Shown here: positions 9,179-17,304 of the stretch, one piece after another
Numbering within the stretch: position 1 is the first letter of the stretch
Layout: each line of letters starts with the position of its first letter
Source of the DNA: an uncultured bacterium
GTDB lineage: Bacteria > Lernaellota > Lernaellaia > JACKCT01
NCBI GenBank assembly: GCA_964591275.1
Contig: CAZQAE010000001.1
Span: 51,988-115,987 of the forward strand
DNA: 64,000 nucleotides
Direction: 5' to 3'
Translations under genes and position numbers: made by a program
The notes under the pieces: generated by a model
The model's database searches: none
The model's input: the letters and a program-made list of their open reading frames with translations, nothing else
Told to the model about the DNA's origin: nothing

Positions 9179-11491
9179 ATGAGATTAGATCGTATGATTT
9201 CAGTTTTTATCCTGGTTTTGTTCGTTGCTTTTGGTTCGGCGTGCCTTGGCTGTGGCGACGATGACGACGATAGCGGCGGGGATTCTGTTGCTGACGATGA
9301 TGTCAATGATGACCTTGACGACGACATCGACGACGACGTCGATGATGACTTGAACGACGACGTTGACGATGACGTCGATGATGACGTCGACGATGATGCG
9401 GACGATGACGTTGACGATGACGTGAACGATGACGTGGACGACGACATTGACGATGATGTCGATGACGACACAACGGAGCCGACAACGACTACGACTGTCA
9501 CCACCACGACGACCACGAGCACCACAACCACGACCATCGCTTGCGAAGGCGTGCATGCGAATTTCGACCCCAGCCCGGACGCCGGATTCTTCGACATGCC
9601 TTTCCCAAACAATTTGCGCATCGAGGACGACGGCACGATCCGAATCCTGGACTTTCCGAATCCCAGAGGCGCCGCCCTGGTAACCCGTTATCTGGAAGAA
9701 GGCGATGAAGAAGCCAAGGGCTTCGGCGCCAACTCCGGCACATTCTTTAGCTTCAACGAAGCCATTGATCCGGCATCGCTTCCGGCCACGCCCGCAGATT
9801 CGATTCTTGAAACGGCTTCGGCTTTTCTGATCAGCGTCGATTCAGCGTCGCTCGATTACGGAACGCTCTATCCCGTGCGCTTCAACTTCATGGCGGACGC
9901 CACGGTTTACGCCCCGGCCAATTTTCTGGTTATGCTTCCTGTGCAGGGCGTGCCATTGCTGCACGGCGCAACCTACGCGGCTGTGTTGACAAAAGATGTG
10001 CTGGATGACCTCGGCGCGCCGATTACAGCCTGCGAAAACTTCGAGCAGGTACTGGCGGGAACTTCGGATAACGCGGATGCCAATGTTGTGTACGCGCCGC
10101 TGAGGGATTTCCTGGCGACCGACGCTTTCTTCGGCCAAGAGGACGTGGCCATGGCCACGGTTTTTACAACGAACGATCCGCTCCCGCCTCTTTTGGCCAT
10201 GCGGGATCATATTTACAGCTATACCATGAACCCTATCGACGCCGATGCTTTGACCGTGCTGTACGAACGAACCAATTACTATTTCCTGGGAGGCACTGTG
10301 ACGGTGCCTTATTACCAGTCTGGGACATCGCCTTTCTTCCTGCCCCCCGAGGGCGGAGACATCGTTTTTGATGAGTTCGGCGTTCCCATCGTGCAAGAGG
10401 ATGTCGCGATCCGGATATCGCTGTGTATTCCCAAGGGAACGATGCCTGCCGACGGCTGGCCCATGGTGATCTATTCCCACGGATCAGGCGGTGATTATGA
10501 GTCTCTGCGCGGGAGTCATGGGCCGGCGAATATATTGGCGAGACGTGGAATCGCCAGTGTTTCCTCCGATGCTCCATACCATGGCGATCGCAATCCGTTT
10601 CCAGATGTCCTTGATCCATCCATGTTGTTCTACAACGCTCTGAACCCCGATGCTTTCAGAGACAACAACATCCAGGCCGCCGTGGAACTGATGGCCATAC
10701 AAAAGCTGGTGGCGGACCTGCGTATCGCGCAGACCCTCGTGCCTGCTTCCGACGGATCGGCGTCGCCGGACAGCCTGGTGGGATTGGACCTGGATAATTC
10801 TTTCTTCATGGGTCATTCCCAGGGCGCCATCATCGGTTCCTTGATGACCGCCGTTGATCCGCACCTCAAGGCGTCCTACTTCAGCGGCGCCGGCGCGAGC
10901 CTGATGTGGAATATTCTGACGAAAACGAGTCCCATGAATATCGGCGAACTCGTTGCGGTGACAGGACTGCTGCTGACTCCGGCGGAAGCCGCCATCGAGT
11001 TCGACGAGTTTCATTCGACCTTAAACATCATCCAGCATATTTCGGACGTGGTCGATCCTTCATCGATCAACACTTACCTGTACGAGCGGGAAGTCGCCGG
11101 CAGTGAGCCAAAACACGTTTTCCAGGCGCTGGGCGTGACGGACACATACGTGGAAAAAACCTGCCAGGGCGCTTTTGCCGCCGCGGGGTACATGGATATG
11201 GTGGGGCCCGTGCTTGACCAGGACGCCGTGGACCGGATTACATTCACCGGCGGCCAGGTTCTTGCCGACACGGGCGTGACTGGAAACAGAACGGATTATA
11301 ACGGCGACCCGATAACGGCGGCTTTCACGCAATACCCGGCGCCCGTCGATCCGGATGAGGACGGCCACTTCGTTTCCTTCGAGTATGAGTCCATGAAACT
11401 GCGCATTGCGTGCTTCTTCCGCACGATGATCGACAACGGTGTGCCGACCTTCGTGCCCCTGGTCGAGGATGAATACGCTGCGTGTGAATAA
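9179..11491 (+). CDS. Secreted/lipoprotein alpha/beta-hydrolase with N-terminal poly-Asp and poly-Thr linkers
   Basis: GAGGGGAG RBS upstream of ATG 9179. Signal peptide ends in FGSAC/LGCG. This is followed by about 75 aa of (DDDX)n, then a T-rich linker. Catalytic domain has HGSGG and the GHSQG nucleophile elbow (GxSxG). Confidence 0.75.
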   Translation: MRLDRMISVFILVLFVAFGSACLGCGDDDDDSGGDSVADDDVNDDLDDDIDDDVDDDLNDDVDDDVDDDVDDDADDDVDDDVNDDVDDDIDDDVDDDTTEPTTTTTVTTTTTTSTTTTTIACEGVHANFDPSPDAGFFDMPFPNNLRIEDDGTIRILDFPNPRGAALVTRYLEEGDEEAKGFGANSGTFFSFNEAIDPASLPATPADSILETASAFLISVDSASLDYGTLYPVRFNFMADATVYAPANFLVMLPVQGVPLLHGATYAAVLTKDVLDDLGAPITACENFEQVLAGTSDNADANVVYAPLRDFLATDAFFGQEDVAMATVFTTNDPLPPLLAMRDHIYSYTMNPIDADALTVLYERTNYYFLGGTVTVPYYQSGTSPFFLPPEGGDIVFDEFGVPIVQEDVAIRISLCIPKGTMPADGWPMVIYSHGSGGDYESLRGSHGPANILARRGIASVSSDAPYHGDRNPFPDVLDPSMLFYNALNPDAFRDNNIQAAVELMAIQKLVADLRIAQTLVPASDGSASPDSLVGLDLDNSFFMGHSQGAIIGSLMTAVDPHLKASYFSGAGASLMWNILTKTSPMNIGELVAVTGLLLTPAEAAIEFDEFHSTLNIIQHISDVVDPSSINTYLYEREVAGSEPKHVFQALGVTDTYVEKTCQGAFAAAGYMDMVGPVLDQDAVDRITFTGGQVLADTGVTGNRTDYNGDPITAAFTQYPAPVDPDEDGHFVSFEYESMKLRIACFFRTMIDNGVPTFVPLVEDEYAACE
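9254..9540 (+). repeat. Coding low-complexity repeat: 12-nt periodic GAT/GAC (DDDV/I/N/L)n followed by ACN-rich poly-Thr tract
   Basis: Tandem GACGACGA[CT]NNN units are seen directly. They generate shadow ORFs on other frames and on the opposite strand. Confidence 0.8.
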
Positions 11492-11511
11492 CCCTTAGGA
11501 TAAAAACCTAA

Positions 11512-11544
11512 AATCCCTCCGGCTTTTTTTAAGCCGGGGGGATT
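11512..11544. terminator. Bidirectional rho-independent terminator between convergent genes
   Basis: aatccctccggc-ttttttta-gccggggggatt gives a 12-bp stem (1 mismatch) with T-rich flanks on both strands. It lies between the stops at 11491 (+) and 11551 (-). Confidence 0.6.
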
Positions 11545-11550
11545 ATATTG

Positions 11551-13293
11551 TTAAAGTCTGTCCGAGCGACGCAGAACGACGAAATACTGGTTTTGGCACT
11601 TGGGATCTTCGACGTAATGGTCATCAATCCAGGATTTGAGTTCAGGATAGACCGGCGCGTGGTCCGTGAGAAAGAACCAGGGAATCTCGGCGCTTCGCGC
11701 TGAATAATAAACAACATTGATCGGCCCCGCGGCACGCAGGTCGCTTAAAAGTTCCTGCCGGGAATTGTGGACGTGCGGGCTGACGCGGTCATGCCATCGC
11801 CCGGAACCCCGCGGAAGATCGACCGCCACATCGAAGTACATGAAATGCCTAGTCGGCGCGCGCATCTGAGAATAGAAGTACAGATGCGGCGCATAGTCCC
11901 AGACGTATAGAGTATCTCCCGGCTCGCTGTGATCCCGTATGCATTCGGCCAGACGCCTCGATACGTGGCTGAGCGACGAGTAGCGCGGAACCGTTGTTTT
12001 GGTCCAGAAAAATCTCGATTCCTGCGTCCAGGCGGCGCGACCGAATTGCGTGATGTTTTGAAGAGCCTGCCGACCGAGCGTGACTTCCAGTTTCATGTCA
12101 TTGGTCGCTGCGGGGATTATCAAAAGCGCCAGCGTGATCCGCAATGCCAATGGAACCATGCGGTTCTGGCAGACCTTGCCGATCCAGGTTCCGGCTAAAA
12201 GCGCCAGCATTGGAATCAGCAGCATGAAATAGTGATCGAAAAATTTTGTGCCGGCGAAAACAGCCAGCATTGTCGCCACGATGTAGGCCGGCAATAAAAT
12301 CGATCCCGGCAAGCGCTCTGGCTCAGGTTTCTGGTTTGCGTGAAATGCAGCGATTACGCCCATCGCCGCCAGGAGCAAAAGTGTGCGTGTGTTGAAAAAG
12401 AAGGGCAGCAGACTTTCTTTGATCTGCAGATTCAAAAACCCCCATCCTTCCGTCGAAGCATATCCCACGTAGTTGGAAGGATTTAAGGCGCCCAGCATGG
12501 CTGCGAGACCGCCTTTGCCGGCGAAGAAGATCATGACAAGGGCGGTGAGGCAGGCGCCGCCGGCCACGTACAATCCCAGGGCACCTGGAATCGAGGCGAC
12601 CTTTTTGTTTCGCGGTGCGAGGTGCGTTTCTATGATGATGGCGAGGCCAAAGGCCATGACGTGCATCGCGGCCTGTTGCTTGAACATGACGCCCAGGGCG
12701 GCGAAAAGACCCGCCAGAAACAGAAGGGATCGCCATTGAACCTTGCGGGAGAACGCTTCCAGCAACAGGTAAAATGTCAAAATCGTCGGCAGAAGAGTCC
12801 AGGTTTCAAAGTTGGCGCACAGGCCGTTGCCCGCGGAATTCGCTGAGTACGCCGCGTACAAAAAAGCCGTCGCCAGTCCCGCGGGCAGGCCGCTCAAACG
12901 GCGGGCGAGAAAAAACAGCGCCAAAGCGCATAGCGCGTGGTAAATTATAGTCAGCCACGCGATGGGCAGCATCGATTCGCCGAACAGGCGAAAGACGAGA
13001 TTGAACAGCAGATACGCGCCGGGAGGTTTGGTCTCCACGGCGTTTTGATATATGGATCCCGGCTCGAAGAAAAATTGCGAACTGTAGGCGGCGCCGCCAA
13101 CGTCGGGGTCGCAAATGACGTTGTCTATGAGGGGGCTTCGCAGAAGATGCGTGAAAGCGAAAATGCGCCACAGGGCATAAAGGACGATCAATATCTTCGC
13201 GCCGCCGGTGATGGCTCTTTGATGCCTTCGCCAAAAACCGCCGATGAGTTCAGAGGCGGATTCCAGCAGGCCTGATATTGGGATCTTTCTCAA
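11551..13293 (-). CDS. GT39/ArnT-like (PMT_2 family) membrane glycosyltransferase
   Basis: 580-aa polytopic membrane protein resembling 4-amino-4-deoxy-L-arabinose / dolichyl-phosphate-mannose transferase family proteins. TTG start. Confidence 0.65.
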   Translation of the reverse strand: MRKIPISGLLESASELIGGFWRRHQRAITGGAKILIVLYALWRIFAFTHLLRSPLIDNVICDPDVGGAAYSSQFFFEPGSIYQNAVETKPPGAYLLFNLVFRLFGESMLPIAWLTIIYHALCALALFFLARRLSGLPAGLATAFLYAAYSANSAGNGLCANFETWTLLPTILTFYLLLEAFSRKVQWRSLLFLAGLFAALGVMFKQQAAMHVMAFGLAIIIETHLAPRNKKVASIPGALGLYVAGGACLTALVMIFFAGKGGLAAMLGALNPSNYVGYASTEGWGFLNLQIKESLLPFFFNTRTLLLLAAMGVIAAFHANQKPEPERLPGSILLPAYIVATMLAVFAGTKFFDHYFMLLIPMLALLAGTWIGKVCQNRMVPLALRITLALLIIPAATNDMKLEVTLGRQALQNITQFGRAAWTQESRFFWTKTTVPRYSSLSHVSRRLAECIRDHSEPGDTLYVWDYAPHLYFYSQMRAPTRHFMYFDVAVDLPRGSGRWHDRVSPHVHNSRQELLSDLRAAGPINVVYYSARSAEIPWFFLTDHAPVYPELKSWIDDHYVEDPKCQNQYFVVLRRSDRL

Positions 13294-13329
13294 ATCGCTT
13301 TCTCGTCGTTTTGCCGGATGTGGGCGAAA

Positions 13330-14802
13330 TTAATAATCCGCGCCGAAGATTTTTTCAAACAACCACTTTTCAGCAGGATACTTGAAAAAGTTTTTGGCAA
13401 ATCTGAATTTTGCAATGGGCTTCATCAAAGCGACCAGGATCATGATGATGGGAGACGAACGATAAAACAAGACTTTATCATCGATGAAAATGCTGTAAAA
13501 ATACAGCCTCTCCAGGGTGTCGCGCCGTTTTTTCGTCAGCCAGGGGGAATGGGAACTTCGCCAGCTTCCTTCGGCAATATCCGTGATGGTTTCGGGACGG
13601 TGGAAACCAGCTTGCAGGGCAATCTCGTACAGCCGTGTCCCCGGATAGGGATAATAGGCGTAAACCGGCGATATCAGCGCCTTGGGATATTTGCGTGCGA
13701 TGCCTGATATTACGCCGATGCTTCGCTCAAGGTCTTCGGCCTGTTCGCCGGGAATGCCGCTCATGAAATTGATCCATGGGATGATGTCGGCTTGCGTCAA
13801 GCGCTTGATCAGGTCCATCAGTTGCGCGGGGTTTATGGCTTTGCCAAGCGTTTTCGCCATGCCCGGCGAACCCGATTCGGCGCCGATATCCACACGGTTG
13901 CATCCGCTACGCCGCAAAGCGCGAAGATCGTCCGTGCTCATGCGCTCCAGATCAACCTGCGCTGCGCCTTGAATCTGATAAGTCAGATCAATTCCTTCAG
14001 CGATGAGTCTTTCGGTGATGTCCCGGGCGCGATCTTCTTCAAAAAAATAATTGTCATCGACAACGTATAAGTGTCTGACCTGAGGGTTTTCCGCCAATAG
14101 AAAACGAAGGGACTTCAGCACCTGGCCGGGGGTCAAAGTGCGGCGGGGAATTCTTTGCGAACTTTGATAACAATAGGAGCATCGATATGGGCAGCCGCGT
14201 GAGGTTTCAAAATAGGCCGTTGGTTTTCCCAGGGATGGGTAAAAATATCGATCTCCCACAATTTCGTAGGAAAGGTGCGGAAGCGAACTTAAGTCGGGAA
14301 GCTTCGGCTCGCCCGTGCAAATCGCATCGCCGATCTCGTTTTTCAGCCACAAACCCTTAATTTTATTTAGAGGTTGGTCATTTTTCAGCGCATGGGCGAT
14401 TGAGTGAATTGTGATTTCACCATCGGCGATCGCCACCGCGTCAACGCTGGCGTGGCGAGCAGCCAGATCACCGGCGACCATGGAATGCGGACCGCCCCAG
14501 ATGACATTGGTCGCGGGAGAAATTTGCTTGATCTGATCGCTTATGGCCACGGCGTGCCGAATCATTGGACCAGCGATAGCGGTGACTCCGGCAAAAAGTG
14601 GTTTTTTTTGTAAACTGATCCGCAAATCCCGATCAAAATTTGGGAGTCTCTGATCGAGTATTCGTATTTCAAATTCCTGATCCAAAACACGCGAGAGGCA
14701 AAGCAGGCCGAAGGGAGGGCTGGGTTTCCCTTTTTTTGAGTCGAGCGTTGTCGATTGGGGTTGAATCAGGATGGCGTAGAGCATTTTATTGAATCTTTTC
14801 AT
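13330..14802 (-). CDS. B12-binding domain radical SAM protein (second copy)
   Basis: N-terminal B12-binding region and SRGCPYRCSYC cluster motif. Start ambiguous: ATG at 14802 used, ATG at 14784 and TTG at 14853 are alternatives. Confidence 0.8.
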   Translation of the reverse strand: MKRFNKMLYAILIQPQSTTLDSKKGKPSPPFGLLCLSRVLDQEFEIRILDQRLPNFDRDLRISLQKKPLFAGVTAIAGPMIRHAVAISDQIKQISPATNVIWGGPHSMVAGDLAARHASVDAVAIADGEITIHSIAHALKNDQPLNKIKGLWLKNEIGDAICTGEPKLPDLSSLPHLSYEIVGDRYFYPSLGKPTAYFETSRGCPYRCSYCYQSSQRIPRRTLTPGQVLKSLRFLLAENPQVRHLYVVDDNYFFEEDRARDITERLIAEGIDLTYQIQGAAQVDLERMSTDDLRALRRSGCNRVDIGAESGSPGMAKTLGKAINPAQLMDLIKRLTQADIIPWINFMSGIPGEQAEDLERSIGVISGIARKYPKALISPVYAYYPYPGTRLYEIALQAGFHRPETITDIAEGSWRSSHSPWLTKKRRDTLERLYFYSIFIDDKVLFYRSSPIIMILVALMKPIAKFRFAKNFFKYPAEKWLFEKIFGADY

Positions 14803-14873
14803 GAAATTTGAAACATGACAGCCTTGTTTTACTAATTCCTTGTCGTAATGCAAAGAGATGAATTTGAATTGTC

Positions 14874-14903
14874 TTGACGCCCTAAATGGGATACGCCTAT
14901 AGT
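14874..14903 (+). promoter_or_regulatory. Putative sigma70-like promoter (TTGACG - 18 bp - TATAGT) for the DUF4388/J-domain gene
   Basis: Hexamers read directly, about 65 bp upstream of ATG 14966. Spacer is 18 bp, slightly long. Confidence 0.3.
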
Positions 14904-14965
14904 TTGAGCCTTAGAGAAAAGGTCATTTACTTCTTTTTGTTTAAACGATCCTGCGAGTGTAGATT

Positions 14966-17248
14966 ATGGCGTCCGATTACCGCGTTTCATTTTTTGGAAA
15001 TCTGAAAGACTTTTCCATCGGCGAGGTGCTTTTTTCACTGGCCTGCCGAAAGGAAACAGGTTGTCTTTATGTGTATCAGGGACAGGTCATAAAGAAGGTA
15101 TATTTTCGTGAAGGGCATCTGCGACATATACAATCGAGCTTGGCTCGCGAAAGCATATTGCGTTTTTTGTTTGTTGAAAAAAATATTGGAAAAACCGATC
15201 CCTTCGCGTTTCTGCAGGAAGTCGGAAGCCTTCGCATTCCATTGCTGGATTGGTTGACGAAAAAGGAGATCATCAGCCCTCATGAAGTGAATTCGCTGGC
15301 GTCGGAGTTGCTCGGGCGCCGAATTCTGGATCTTTTTCTTTGGGACGACGGGGAATACCTGTTTATTTTTGAAGAAGAACCGGACGAAAGAGGCAGTCAT
15401 TGGGAAATGAATATTCCTCTTCCACTTCTGATATACAAAGGCATCAAGACGCATTATCGCCTCGATAGACTGAAGGATGCGATTGAGGAATATCAAGATC
15501 GGATTCCTCGCCTAAACGCTGAACCGACTGAGATCGTGCGGACCCTTCAGCTAAAAGCCGATGAAGCGAAGTTTATTCGTTTGATCAACGGCAGCACGGC
15601 ATTATTGGAAGTCGCTTTTCGGTCCGATTTGGACATGGAGCGCAGCTTGGGCCTGCTATGGTGCCTTATAGTCACAGGGTACCTGGAATTTCCCGGCAAA
15701 ACCTTTGATTCCGATGCAAAATTAGAGGATCTGAACGAAGAGCAAACGCGCTTTGCCCAGGAAATCCTTGCAAATGTTCCAGAACTTCTGGAGAAAAATC
15801 CCTTCCAGATGCTTCAAGTCCGTCGTGAGCTTGATATCACGGATGAAGATGTGAGACGTGGTTATTATACGCTGGCTCAGCGTTATCACCGCTCCGGCCT
15901 GATGGAAAAAATGCCGCCGGAGATTCAGGATCTGTCTCAGAAACTGTTTAATCGCGCCAGCAATTTCTTTGAGGCCATCATTCGCTGGGTGAAGGCCAAG
16001 GAAGCCGGTCGTTTTGAGCATTTCACGGGTCTGGCCGAAAAGGTAATTGTTGATTTACTGGATGTTTATAAGGTCGAGGCCATATTTATTGCCGGACTTG
16101 TGAAATTGGAACATGGCGATAAAGAGGGCGCCCTGAAGGATTTTGAGATCGCCATGACTATGCGTCCCGCGGAAGGCGAGTACAGGACTCAGGCTTCGGT
16201 AACGAGATTCAAGCTGTTCCCGGCCGATGATAATTCATTCAAAAATGCGCTGAGTTCGCTTCGTAGATCATTGGACTTCGATCGAAATAACGTAGCAACG
16301 TACATGGCCCTGGGCTATTGCTACGAGAAAGTCGGTGAGTTGGAGTACGCCAATCGATCACTGATGGAAGCTCTGAAATTGGATCCTGATTCCGCCGAAT
16401 CGCGTGAAGGCTATTACAGGAACTTATTTATTAATGCCAAAGCGTCCGACAGTGGAAAAATGGACGCGGAAGAAAGAAAAAAACGCCTTGACGATCTGGG
16501 CGCTTTTATGAAGGAAAAAGAAGGCAAAACACATTATGAAATCCTCGGAATAAAGCGAAACGCCGAAGTGGTTGAAGTCAAGCATGCCTATTTTGCACTG
16601 GCCAAAATCTTCCATCCCGATACATTGGCGGACCTGAAGGGGCATCCGATCGCCGTTCGCGCTTTCGTTATGATCAATGAGTCGTACGACACCCTTTCAT
16701 CCGATGGGAAACGACGCGCATATGACCGGACTTTGCGTGCCCATGAAATACTGCAAAAACAGGAGGTTCAGGAAAAGGTTCTCAGGCGACAGCGCAAGCT
16801 CAGTCGTGCGAAAAACCTTGTGGACAGTTCTGATTTCGCTCAAAGTTTGAAGTTTCTCAAAGAATTTCTCGAAACGAATCCTGATGATAAGGAGGCGCTG
16901 ACTTACCAGGCATGGGCGCAGTTCAACCTGGATGTCAAGAATGATCCCGAAGCTCGGAATTTCGCCGAAAACAAGTTGCGGGATCTTTCAAAAAAGCATC
17001 CGGATTACGATCAGCTTTTCTTTTTTCTCGGGCGCATCGCTATGAATTTCAGCGACTATTCAAAGGCCGATGCATATTACAGAACCGCGCATGCTCTCAA
17101 TCCCGGCTCGGTTGACATCAACAGGGAGATCAGGCTTTTAGAACAGAGAATGATCAACCGCGAGCCGCCGGAAACGCCTCGCGCGCAAAAAAAGCAGGAG
17201 GCCTCCGAAAAGAAGGGGCTTTTTGGCCTTTTCGGTCGCAAGAAATAG
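14966..17248 (+). CDS. DUF4388 (PATAN) domain + TPR repeats + DnaJ J-domain protein
   Basis: N-terminal FGNLKDFSIGEVLFSLACRKETGCLYV matches DUF4388. Central and C-terminal TPR-like repeats. J domain HYEILGIKRNAEVVEVKHAYFALAKIFHPD carries the HPD motif. Confidence 0.75.
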   Translation: MASDYRVSFFGNLKDFSIGEVLFSLACRKETGCLYVYQGQVIKKVYFREGHLRHIQSSLARESILRFLFVEKNIGKTDPFAFLQEVGSLRIPLLDWLTKKEIISPHEVNSLASELLGRRILDLFLWDDGEYLFIFEEEPDERGSHWEMNIPLPLLIYKGIKTHYRLDRLKDAIEEYQDRIPRLNAEPTEIVRTLQLKADEAKFIRLINGSTALLEVAFRSDLDMERSLGLLWCLIVTGYLEFPGKTFDSDAKLEDLNEEQTRFAQEILANVPELLEKNPFQMLQVRRELDITDEDVRRGYYTLAQRYHRSGLMEKMPPEIQDLSQKLFNRASNFFEAIIRWVKAKEAGRFEHFTGLAEKVIVDLLDVYKVEAIFIAGLVKLEHGDKEGALKDFEIAMTMRPAEGEYRTQASVTRFKLFPADDNSFKNALSSLRRSLDFDRNNVATYMALGYCYEKVGELEYANRSLMEALKLDPDSAESREGYYRNLFINAKASDSGKMDAEERKKRLDDLGAFMKEKEGKTHYEILGIKRNAEVVEVKHAYFALAKIFHPDTLADLKGHPIAVRAFVMINESYDTLSSDGKRRAYDRTLRAHEILQKQEVQEKVLRRQRKLSRAKNLVDSSDFAQSLKFLKEFLETNPDDKEALTYQAWAQFNLDVKNDPEARNFAENKLRDLSKKHPDYDQLFFFLGRIAMNFSDYSKADAYYRTAHALNPGSVDINREIRLLEQRMINREPPETPRAQKKQEASEKKGLFGLFGRKK

Positions 17249-17304
17249 TCGCTCTCTTCGGATGAAGAAAACTATTCAACCTTCTAACTTCTATCTTCTA
17301 ACCT

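Noticed and set aside
9303-9485. Arg/His-rich ORFs antisense or off-frame to poly-Asp repeats (also 9097..9636, 9200..9556, 57737..58072, 57808..58152, 57365..57550)
   Set aside because: All are alternative-frame translations of the 12-nt GAY repeat (read as RHRH, SSSTSS, MSMTM). They are not independent genes.
9254-9540. Possible CRISPR-like or non-coding tandem repeat
   Set aside because: The repeat has strict 3-nt codon periodicity inside a long ORF with a signal peptide and a downstream hydrolase domain. No spacer/repeat architecture and no cas genes in the window.
17249-17304. Hairpin tcttc-ggat-gaaga as terminator between convergent genes
   Set aside because: Stem is only 5 bp and is not followed by a U-tract on either strand. 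The flanking ttctaac direct repeats are not informative.
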